Assembly: GCA_964461235.1 (NCBI GenBank)
Contig: CAYWUV010000013.1
Span: forward strand, 10,942 to 74,941
DNA: 64,000 nucleotides
Direction: 5' to 3'
Source: an uncultured Bryobacterales bacterium
GTDB lineage: Bacteria > Acidobacteriota > Terriglobia > Bryobacterales > UBA6623
In this document: positions 36,123 through 44,493 of the stretch, in pieces
Layout of the letters: each line of letters starts with the position of its first letter
Position numbering within the stretch: the first letter of the stretch is position 1
Made by a program: the position numbers and the translations under genes
Notes under the pieces: model-generated
The model's input: only the letters and a program-made list of their open reading frames with translations
What the model was told of the DNA's origin: nothing
Databases searched by the model: none

Positions 36123-37919
36123 ATGCGGGGAATCCTTGGGAACCGGCGCACCTCGCAACGCGCCATTCCGGCTTGGCGAACCCGGATTGGGAGAATCGCC
36201 TGGCTGATTCTCGGAATGGCAGTGTCGATGGCCGCCCAGCCGACGCTCGTACTGGACCAGGCGATGTCGCCCCCTCCTTGGGCCTTGGCCGAGCGCCTCC
36301 TGCTGGAGAGTGCGTCCGACGGCGTCCAGGCCTTCTTCGAGCGCTTCGTGGACAGTCGCGGCTACCTGAAATGCGTCGAGCGGTGGGGCGGCAATGACGG
36401 GGCCGACGACGCCATGGAGAACTTTGGGGGATGGACTCTGCTGCACGCGATTGGCGGGCGGGACGCAATTGCCGACCTCTACAAGCGAGCTTGGGAGGGG
36501 CACATCCGTCAGTACACGGAGGCGAGATCCCCGGGAATCGAGATGGCCGAGCACGGCATGTACTGGCGGGAGTTCGTGACATCCTTCGACTGGGAGCACA
36601 CAGGAGAGGCGCTGGCCGCATTCCATCTCTATGGGTTCGCGGCACCTCGGGATCCGGTCTACCTGGCCAGAGCGAAGCGGTTCGCCAACTTCTACACGGG
36701 AGACGATCCGGACGCTGACAACTACGACCGGAGCCTGAGGATCATCAAGAGCCTGCACAACGGGAGTCGTGGGGCCAAGCTGACCCCGGCGACCGAAATG
36801 GATTGGGGTGGCTTACCGGTCGAAGGTGCTCCGGAGCGCCTGACCCGCTATTCCACGGCATCGAACATTCGAGGTGATCACCCTCTGAACCTCTGCGCGA
36901 CCGCGTTGGGCTTCAACGCCTTCGCTCTCACGGGAGATCGGACGTATCGCGACTGGGCTGTGGACTACGCCCGCATGTGGCGCGACCGGGTCACGGAGAA
37001 CGGCGGGAACATTCCGACCAATATCGGCTTGGACGGAATGATCGGCGGGGAGTGGGGCGGCAAGTGGTACGGCGGTGTGTTCGGATGGAATTTCTGGCCC
37101 CAGTCCGATGGACGCAACTACTTCATTCGCGGGCCTCGCATTGCCTTCGGCATCGGCGTCCTGCTTACGGGAGACCGTCGCTTCGTGGAGCCGCTTCGTC
37201 GTCAGGTCGCCAACCTGTACGCCGCAAAGCGAACAGATGGCGGTCGTGTCCTTCTGCCCAGAAAGCACGGTGATGACGGCTTCTATGGCTACACGCCGAA
37301 TCAGCATTTGGATGTACAGCGTGACGTGTATCTCTTCACGTTCGATCGGTCCGGCCTCGAAGGGCTGGCCCGCGATCCGTGGATCCGGTACCTCGACGGG
37401 AACAACCCGGCCTATCCCCTTCAAGCGCTGAGGGGGGACCTGAGCTCCGTCCGGACACGGCTCGACGCCATGCGGATTGACGATTCAGTCGACTACGAAC
37501 GACCTTCCGACTACACGCAGCAATTCAATCCGGCCATCACGAATTCGCTCGTGGAACTCGCCCTCGGAGGGAATCCGCCGGGACGGGCGGGCAACATTTT
37601 GCACACTCGATTGTTCTACTATGACCCCGCCCGATCCAGACCCGGCTTGCCAGATCAAGTTGGCGCCCTCGTTGACACCATTGCTCCTTCCAGCGTTCGT
37701 GTGCAACTGGTGAATCTGGACCCGATTCGGACGCGTCGCGTGATCGTCCAGGCCGGGGCCTACGGCGAGCACCGTTTCACTGAAGTGCGCGTCGGCGACT
37801 CCTCACTTCGTGTCGCGGACAATCGCTTCGAAGTGCTTCTGGAGGCCGGGTCCGGAGGAGTATTGGAGATTGGCATGTCTCTGTTTGCCAATCAGCCGGC
37901 GTTTCGCCCTGTGCCGTGA
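36123..37919 (+). CDS. Uncharacterised secreted protein (~598 aa)
   Basis: ORF 36051-37919; ATG 36123 gives a signal peptide (…RIAWLILGMAVSMAAQP). Trp/Gly-rich globular sequence (GGNDGADDAMENFGGWTLLHAIGG; GGEWGGKWYGGVFGWNFWPQ). No family recognised. Confidence 0.6.
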   Translation: MRGILGNRRTSQRAIPAWRTRIGRIAWLILGMAVSMAAQPTLVLDQAMSPPPWALAERLLLESASDGVQAFFERFVDSRGYLKCVERWGGNDGADDAMENFGGWTLLHAIGGRDAIADLYKRAWEGHIRQYTEARSPGIEMAEHGMYWREFVTSFDWEHTGEALAAFHLYGFAAPRDPVYLARAKRFANFYTGDDPDADNYDRSLRIIKSLHNGSRGAKLTPATEMDWGGLPVEGAPERLTRYSTASNIRGDHPLNLCATALGFNAFALTGDRTYRDWAVDYARMWRDRVTENGGNIPTNIGLDGMIGGEWGGKWYGGVFGWNFWPQSDGRNYFIRGPRIAFGIGVLLTGDRRFVEPLRRQVANLYAAKRTDGGRVLLPRKHGDDGFYGYTPNQHLDVQRDVYLFTFDRSGLEGLARDPWIRYLDGNNPAYPLQALRGDLSSVRTRLDAMRIDDSVDYERPSDYTQQFNPAITNSLVELALGGNPPGRAGNILHTRLFYYDPARSRPGLPDQVGALVDTIAPSSVRVQLVNLDPIRTRRVIVQAGAYGEHRFTEVRVGDSSLRVADNRFEVLLEAGSGGVLEIGMSLFANQPAFRPVP

Positions 37920-37941
37920 CCGGACTTGTCGTCAGGTGCAC

Positions 37942-38385
37942 CTAGTGTTTGCCAGTGTCCCCCGGCTGGCCCGGCCCCGGCCCGACCGTTGGGGCACCGC
38001 TGTCCATCCCTGCCATCGCTGAGACCGGAGCTGCCCCCGCGCGCCTCCCACTGAGTCCGGACCACTCGCTCAGCGTCAGCCAGCCGTCCGAAATGTCCGA
38101 GGCGGTCGTGAACAGTTCGGCCTGTGGCGGGTCTCGCTCGGAATTGGTGAAGCACCTGACGAGCTGTTCGAGCGGACACGCCACAACGAGTGGCCCGTGG
38201 ATGAAACAGTCGTACGCTGCGGCCGACTTGCGCCGGCGAACGCCGTCTGCAAACATCGACGCAGCGCAGCACGTGGTCCCTTCCCTCCCGGTGGCCGGCC
38301 GGTCTCCTCGACACTCGCCAGTGGACTGCGTGGCACCTGGTATGGCAATTTGCCTCACGTGTCTACATCCCGCCCAAGCGCGCAC
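37942..38385 (-). CDS. Possible small hypothetical gene (strand and start ambiguous)
   Basis: The 147-codon minus ORF and the 162-codon plus ORF (37949-38437) share third-codon positions, so GC3 cannot separate them. The minus product (…AYDCFIHGPLVVACPLEQLVRCFTNSERDPPQAELFTTASDISDGWLTLSEW…) looks more protein-like. Confidence 0.25.
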   Translation of the reverse strand: MRAWAGCRHVRQIAIPGATQSTGECRGDRPATGREGTTCCAASMFADGVRRRKSAAAYDCFIHGPLVVACPLEQLVRCFTNSERDPPQAELFTTASDISDGWLTLSEWSGLSGRRAGAAPVSAMAGMDSGAPTVGPGPGQPGDTGKH

Positions 38386-38433
38386 GGCATCGACACGGTT
38401 GTTCCCGATCCGAGAGTCCCAACGGAGTGAGCC

Positions 38434-39822
38434 TTGAAGCCAGCCCTTTGTTCACGCAGACAGTTCGCACGGATGTCCTTGACCGGATCGCTCCCGGCGC
38501 TGGGGCTCTCCCAAACCTCCAGCAAGCCGAATGTGCTCTTTATCCTCACAGATGACCAGCGCGGTGACACGATCCGGGCCCTGGGCAATTCGACCATCGA
38601 GACTCCCAACCTCGACCTGTTGGTACAGGCCGGGACAACGTTTACCAACGCGTATTGCATGGGAGGCTGGTCCGCCGCCGTTTGCTTGCCGAGCCGCTAC
38701 ATGGCACTGCGCGGAAACGGCTGGTTCAAGGCCCAGCATCAGCCGGCCGAGGCCCCGAACTTCCCGAATGCGATGAGGGAGGCCGGCTACGTGACGTATC
38801 ATCTCGGCAAATACGGGAACACCGATCAGCGTACGCACAGATCGTTCGACTTCAACTACTACCTAGAGCCCGGGGATCTCGAGGAACTTGGCAAGGGCGA
38901 GCCCGGCAAGCAACTCGCCGACCGCGCGAAGAACTTCCTCTACTTCTGGAAGACCCGCCTTAACCGGAGGGGCTCGAAGCCGTTCTTCATGTACTTGGCC
39001 GGGCCTGCGCCGCACGACCCTCGTTTGGCACCCGACTCCTACATCAGCAAGTACGACATCAGCGAGATACCGCTCCCTCCCAACTACCTGCCTTATCACC
39101 CGTTTGACAACGGCGAGTTGCTGGTCCGGGACGAACGCTTAGCGAACTGGCCCCGGACCGAGTACGAGGTCAAGCGACACATTCGCGACTACTACGCAAT
39201 GATCACCCATCTCGACGAGCAGCTGGGACGCATCATCCAATACCTCAAGGAAATCGGCGAGTACGACAACACGATCCTCGTCTTTGCGTCCGATCAGGGC
39301 ATCGCTATTGGCAGCCATGGACTGATGGGCAAGCAGAATCTCTACGAACACAGCATGAAGCCGGCCCTGATCTTCTCCGGCCCCGGCATTCCCAGTGGCA
39401 AGAAGGTCGACGGATTCGCCTACCTGTTCGACATCTTTCCCACCGTCTGCGACTTGGTCGGGGCCTCGATTCCGAGCGGTCTCGAGGGCCGGAGCCAAGC
39501 CGCGGTGATTCGCCGCGAGACTGGGAGCGTGCGTGACACGATATTCCTCGCCTACAAGGACCTGCAGCGGGCCGTGCGGCACGGCAGGTGGAAGCTCATC
39601 CGGTACCCGAAAATCAATCGAACGCAGCTATTTGATCTCGAGTCAGACCCGCATGAGGCGACTGACCTCGCTGGCGATCCCGAGCACGCCGGCTTGATGG
39701 AGGAACTGAAGGCCTTGATGGTTCAGCAACAGCGGTCATTCGGTGACCGAGTGCCGCTGACTGCGAGGGATCCACCATCGGGCCACGTCGATCTGCATTA
39801 CTTCGAGCGATCCTCTCGATAG
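38434..39822 (+). CDS. Cys-type sulfatase (arylsulfatase A family)
   Basis: TTG start with the Tat-like CSRRQFARMSL. NVLFILTDDQRGD, the formylglycine motif CLPSR, and GKYGNTD. Confidence 0.8.
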   Translation: MKPALCSRRQFARMSLTGSLPALGLSQTSSKPNVLFILTDDQRGDTIRALGNSTIETPNLDLLVQAGTTFTNAYCMGGWSAAVCLPSRYMALRGNGWFKAQHQPAEAPNFPNAMREAGYVTYHLGKYGNTDQRTHRSFDFNYYLEPGDLEELGKGEPGKQLADRAKNFLYFWKTRLNRRGSKPFFMYLAGPAPHDPRLAPDSYISKYDISEIPLPPNYLPYHPFDNGELLVRDERLANWPRTEYEVKRHIRDYYAMITHLDEQLGRIIQYLKEIGEYDNTILVFASDQGIAIGSHGLMGKQNLYEHSMKPALIFSGPGIPSGKKVDGFAYLFDIFPTVCDLVGASIPSGLEGRSQAAVIRRETGSVRDTIFLAYKDLQRAVRHGRWKLIRYPKINRTQLFDLESDPHEATDLAGDPEHAGLMEELKALMVQQQRSFGDRVPLTARDPPSGHVDLHYFERSSR

Positions 39823-39989
39823 ACAGGCTCCGTTCCCCCAACGGGTGAGCTGTCCGAGCCGGCTCCGGGTTGCGTCCCAGCCGGTACCCCGCAACGGAAA
39901 CGACAGGACTCGCCCGTTTCGAGAAGGTTGCTGGAGCCCAGTCGCCTGAATTCACTTTCCCGAGGCGATCCTGACGGGGTGGGATGCCG

Positions 39990-41468
39990 TCACGGACTGT
40001 CCGTTCGGTCGATATGTGCATCGTGGACCTCGATTGCCTCTCGAATCGAATCGATCACAAGAGGTGCGCGGGAGGAGACATCCCAGAGTTCGCCGGAGTC
40101 GGTACTGAGGTCGAATAGCAACGGCGGGTCGTGCCGCTGGTGGTTTCCGTAGCCGCGCCACCCGATTTGAGTCTCCGTCCCCAACGATTCCCAGGACTCG
40201 AAGACCAGCTTGTACTGCCCGACCCTAGCCGCCCAAAGGTTGCCGGGCTGTCCATAGTAGAACCATTCGGTACGAGGACTTGGTTCCCCCAGGAGCAGTG
40301 TGGGAGACAGGTCGACCGAGTCCAACACCCTCCCGGACGGCAACGATGCACCCGTCAAGGCGGCCACGGTGGCAACCAAGTCGACATTGACGCCGATGCC
40401 GTCCTCCACCGAGGGGCTGATGGTTCCGGGCCACCAGAAGATACCGGGAACCCGGAATCCTCCTTCCCATGAGGTGATCTTGCCGTCCCGGAACGGCCCC
40501 GAAGAGCCGCCTAGGTCGAAGTAGGTGCGCCATGGGCCGTTGTCACTGCTGAACCAGATCAATGTGCTGGTCGCATTACCCGACTCTTCGAGTGCGCGGA
40601 TCAGTTCTCCCACGGACCAGTCGATTTCCTCGATCACGTCTCCGTAGAGCCCGGCATCGCTATGGCCCTCGAATTCCGGCGACCGGAAGATCGGCAAATG
40701 AGGCATCGTATGCCCAAGGAAGAGAAAGAACGGACCTTGACGGTGCTCGTGAATCCATCTCACCGCCTCTTCCGTGTAGCGTTTCGTTAATGTCGGTTGG
40801 TACGCCGGCGTCTCAACGACTTCCTTCTGCCTGTAGAGCGAAATCGGAAAGTCGCTGCTGGTTGAGTTCCGAATGTTCTCGTAGGTCCGCTGGAATCCCT
40901 CCCGCAACGGTGCGTCGTTGCTTCCGACCAGCCCGAAGAAGTCGTCGAACCCCTGGTCGTTCGGATGGGAGCCCTGATAGTCGAATCTGTCGGTCAGGCC
41001 CCACTTGCCGACATAGGCGGTTGCGTAGCCGAGGTGGCGCAGCATCTCGGCCAAGGTGACTTCCTCGTCCGGGATGTCAGCCCATGCGTTCTTGCCGCTG
41101 CGGTGAATCCGAATCGGCATTCTCCCGGTCAGAAGCGCCACTCGGCTCGGGTTGCACATGGGAGCCGACGCATAAAAGGATGTCCAGCGTTGGCCCTCTT
41201 GGGCGAGCCGGTCTATATGGGGCGTGTGAATGAGGGGATGCCCCTGGATCGAGATATCCCCGTATCCGAGGTCGTCGGCCAGTACAAGGACAATGTTCGG
41301 TGGCTGGTTCCGGGACCCTTCCTGGATGCCGCAGCCCACAATCATTCCCGTCAGGACCATTGCGACGCATAACCCCGACAATGATCGGCTCCGTACCGGG
41401 ATTCCCGGCCAGTTTGGCTTTGCGTGTAGATTCACGAGGTATTCCGCTGCCCCTGAGGCTCCCACCAT
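39990..41468 (-). CDS. Cys-type sulfatase (arylsulfatase family)
   Basis: PNIVLVLADDLGYGD, the formylglycine motif CNPSR, GKWGL. The start is uncertain; an internal TTG/ATG would give a lipobox-like ...MIVGC. Confidence 0.8.
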   Translation of the reverse strand: MVGASGAAEYLVNLHAKPNWPGIPVRSRSLSGLCVAMVLTGMIVGCGIQEGSRNQPPNIVLVLADDLGYGDISIQGHPLIHTPHIDRLAQEGQRWTSFYASAPMCNPSRVALLTGRMPIRIHRSGKNAWADIPDEEVTLAEMLRHLGYATAYVGKWGLTDRFDYQGSHPNDQGFDDFFGLVGSNDAPLREGFQRTYENIRNSTSSDFPISLYRQKEVVETPAYQPTLTKRYTEEAVRWIHEHRQGPFFLFLGHTMPHLPIFRSPEFEGHSDAGLYGDVIEEIDWSVGELIRALEESGNATSTLIWFSSDNGPWRTYFDLGGSSGPFRDGKITSWEGGFRVPGIFWWPGTISPSVEDGIGVNVDLVATVAALTGASLPSGRVLDSVDLSPTLLLGEPSPRTEWFYYGQPGNLWAARVGQYKLVFESWESLGTETQIGWRGYGNHQRHDPPLLFDLSTDSGELWDVSSRAPLVIDSIREAIEVHDAHIDRTDSP

Positions 41469-41599
41469 AGCGATTCTCTCGGAGCGGGACTAACGCTAAC
41501 GCCATCGGGAACTGGGAGGGGTGTCGGTTTCGGACTTTCGAGTATCGATCGTCATATCCCGATTTCCGCAGGGCGCTGAACCGACCGTTTCTCCTGGGG

Positions 41600-43054
41600 T
41601 CAGCGCCCTAGAATCGCAGGTACCGGATTATCGACCTGTCCGGGAGCCCTCTGGCCCCGGCCTCGGATTCCGCGATCGCCGAGTTCGGACCGAGTCCGCT
41701 CGGCGAGCGCCGTCAGATCCTCAACGAGTTCCGGCATCGAGGCAGCCAGATCGGTTCGGCTGCCTGGTTCCTCGACCAGGTTGAAGAGCATTGGTCTGCC
41801 CAGGTCCCCCGCGGCAAAGTGCGGATGGCGCGGATTCGGTTCCCGCAAGGGCAGGAACAGCTTCCACGGGCCGGACCGGACAGCGTGCAGTTCCTGCTGC
41901 TGGTAGTAGTACAAATCCTGGCGAGGAGACCGCCCGTTGCCGCGTCCGAGCAAGGCGTCGCTGACGTCCAATCCGTCGATCGCCAGGCTGCCCAGAGGTG
42001 CGATTCCGGCTATCGATGCGAGCGTGGGTAGCATGTCGATTAGGCTCATCAATTCGTCCGTCACCGTGCCTCCCGGGACTGTGCCCGGCCACCAAGCGAT
42101 GGCCGGAATGCGAAACGCCCCTTCGGCCGTCGTGTAGCCGCGTCCGTAGAGAGGAAGGTTGCTTCCTCGCGCCAGACTCGCGATATCGCGGGCAAGAGGA
42201 GCGCCGTTGTCTGACGTCCACAGAACGAGCGTGTGGCTGTCCAGGCCGGTAGCTACGAGCTTGTCGAGGATCTGGCCGGTCGACCAGTCGAGTTCCTCGA
42301 CCGCATCCCCCCAAGCCCCGTTGCGGCTCTTGCCGAGGAACGCTTCGCTGGCGAAAGGAACTCGTTCGCTCCCGGGCATCGCGTGCGACAGGAAAAGGAA
42401 GAACGGTCGGTCCCGGTTCGCGTCGATGTAAGCGATGGCTCGTTCCGTGTACCGTTTGGTGAGCAGGTTGCGGTCGACGGGAGCCTCCAGAACTTCCTCG
42501 TCTTCCATGAGAGGCAATGGAGGCCACGCGTGGCCTTCGAAACGCGTCTGGTTGCGACCCCGTTCCTGCGTCATGTCGTCGCTGTACGGGATTCCGAAAT
42601 AGGAATCGAAACCGTGACGGGTCGGGAGGAACTCCGGCTGGTCACCAAGGTGCCACTTGCCGATGATGCTCGTGGCATATCCGTGCTCGCCAAGCAGCTC
42701 CGCGATTGTCGTTTCCGCACCGCTGATTCCGTATGGCGATACCGGTCGCAATACGTGACCGTCCCGCGGGGTATCGTGCAGGCCCACCCGCTGGGAGTAA
42801 CAACCCGTCATGAAACTGGCTCTCGAAGGCGTGCAGACACCAGCGCTGGAGTAGAAGTGCGTCAGCTTGCGGCCCTCGCGGGCCATTCGATTCAGATGCG
42901 GCGTGCGGTGCAGCTCGGACCCGAAGGGTTCCGTGTCTCCATATCCGAGGTTGTCGCAGAGAAGAATGACGAAGTTCGGCGGCCGATCCGTAGGGGCCGA
43001 CGTGCATCCCGCCAGCCAGGCCAGGGCCAGGGCGAAGGAAAACCGGCGGGTCAC
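41600..43054 (-). CDS. Cys-type sulfatase lipoprotein
   Basis: GTG start overlapping the upstream stop (GTGA). Lipobox LAWLAGC; PNFVILLCDNLGYGD; formylglycine motif CTPSR; GKWHLG. Confidence 0.85.
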   Translation of the reverse strand: MTRRFSFALALAWLAGCTSAPTDRPPNFVILLCDNLGYGDTEPFGSELHRTPHLNRMAREGRKLTHFYSSAGVCTPSRASFMTGCYSQRVGLHDTPRDGHVLRPVSPYGISGAETTIAELLGEHGYATSIIGKWHLGDQPEFLPTRHGFDSYFGIPYSDDMTQERGRNQTRFEGHAWPPLPLMEDEEVLEAPVDRNLLTKRYTERAIAYIDANRDRPFFLFLSHAMPGSERVPFASEAFLGKSRNGAWGDAVEELDWSTGQILDKLVATGLDSHTLVLWTSDNGAPLARDIASLARGSNLPLYGRGYTTAEGAFRIPAIAWWPGTVPGGTVTDELMSLIDMLPTLASIAGIAPLGSLAIDGLDVSDALLGRGNGRSPRQDLYYYQQQELHAVRSGPWKLFLPLREPNPRHPHFAAGDLGRPMLFNLVEEPGSRTDLAASMPELVEDLTALAERTRSELGDRGIRGRGQRAPGQVDNPVPAILGR

Positions 43055-44493
43055 GAGAACATGGACTCGATGACCGTCCCGCCGAAGTCGGTCAGCTTCT
43101 CGTGGCGGCCGTTGTGCAGGTACCAGAGGCGGTGCTGGTCGAGCCCAAGGGCATGCAGGATCGTGGCGTGGAAGTCCCGCATGTTGTGAGGCCTGTCAAC
43201 CGCCCGAAGCCCGAACTCGTCGGTCTCGCCGATCGTCTGGCCGCCACGGACTCCGCCTCCAGCGAACCACATGGTGAAACCGTGCGGATTGTGGTCCCGA
43301 CCATTTCCGCTTTCAGAGGTCGGTAAGCGGCCGAACTCCGCCCCCCAGATGACGAGCGTCCTCTCCAAGAGCCCGCGCTGCTTGAGATCCTGGAGCAAGG
43401 CACCGACCGGCTGGTCGCTGTGGCCGGCCATCTTTTCGTGGTTCTCCTTCAGGTGCTTGTGTGCGTCCCACTGCATGCTGATTGGGCCGCCGCCTGAATA
43501 CACCTGTACGAACCGGACGCCGCGTTCTACCAGTCGCCGGGTGAGCAGCAGACGCGTTCCGAACTCGCGAGTCCGTTCATCGTTCAGGCCGTACGAACGC
43601 TTCGTCGATGCGGACTCCTTGCTGAGGTCAACCGCCTCGGGAGCGTGCGCCTGCATGCGGAAGGCGAGTTCGTAAGCCGCAATGCGCGCCTGCATCTCGG
43701 TGTCGTGTTCACCCGCGTCGATAACGTTCATCGCTTGGAGCAGGTCGAGCATGGCCCTCTGGCGCTCCGTCGTCATGCCCGCCGGACGCCGCAGATGCAG
43801 GATGGGGTTCGGGCCAGGGCGGAGCAGCGTGCCCTGATACACCGAAGGGAGGAAGCCCTGGCTCCAGCACGATGTGCCTCCTTCCGGCGTGCCCTCCGGC
43901 TGTGGCATGACCACGTAGGCCGGCAGGTCTTCCGTCTCGCTGCCGAGGCCGTAGGTAACCCACGAGCCGATGCTCGGATGGGTGGCGAACAGTCGCCCGT
44001 TGTGCACTTCGTACATCGCCGGGGCATGCACGAAGCTGCGGGTGAAGAACGACCGGACGAAACAGATGTCATCCACGTGTTGCGCGACGCTCGGGAAGAG
44101 TTCCGACACAGGAAGCCCACTCTTTCCGTAGCGCTGGAATCTCCATGGGGTTCCGAGGATTGGATTGCTGCCGTCGGTGAACTGACCGCCGACCTTTCCG
44201 AAACTCTCAGGCATCCTCTCGCCGGCCCGTTCGTTGAGCACCGGCTTCGGATCGAACGTGTCCATCGAACTGGGAGCGCCTACATTGAATATGAAAATCA
44301 CCGAGTCCGCGGTGGGCTCGAAGTGGGGGGGCTTGGCTGCCATCGGGTTGGCAGTTTCCGCACTCCAGCCGCTGCGGGCCAGCAGATCCTGCACGGCAAT
44401 GGCACCGAAGCCGTTCGCGACGCTCAGGAGCATTTCACGGCGCGACCAGCTTCGCGGGGCGGTTGCCGACTTACGGTCGATAGACGAATTCAT
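43051..44493 (-). CDS. DUF1501 protein (Tat signal)
   Basis: WSRREMLLSVANGFGAIAV; VIFIFNVGAPSSMDTFDPKP; WGAEFGRLP...GRDHNPHGFTMW. The start lies 23 nt inside the upstream gene. Confidence 0.85.
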   Translation of the reverse strand: MNSSIDRKSATAPRSWSRREMLLSVANGFGAIAVQDLLARSGWSAETANPMAAKPPHFEPTADSVIFIFNVGAPSSMDTFDPKPVLNERAGERMPESFGKVGGQFTDGSNPILGTPWRFQRYGKSGLPVSELFPSVAQHVDDICFVRSFFTRSFVHAPAMYEVHNGRLFATHPSIGSWVTYGLGSETEDLPAYVVMPQPEGTPEGGTSCWSQGFLPSVYQGTLLRPGPNPILHLRRPAGMTTERQRAMLDLLQAMNVIDAGEHDTEMQARIAAYELAFRMQAHAPEAVDLSKESASTKRSYGLNDERTREFGTRLLLTRRLVERGVRFVQVYSGGGPISMQWDAHKHLKENHEKMAGHSDQPVGALLQDLKQRGLLERTLVIWGAEFGRLPTSESGNGRDHNPHGFTMWFAGGGVRGGQTIGETDEFGLRAVDRPHNMRDFHATILHALGLDQHRLWYLHNGRHEKLTDFGGTVIESMFS

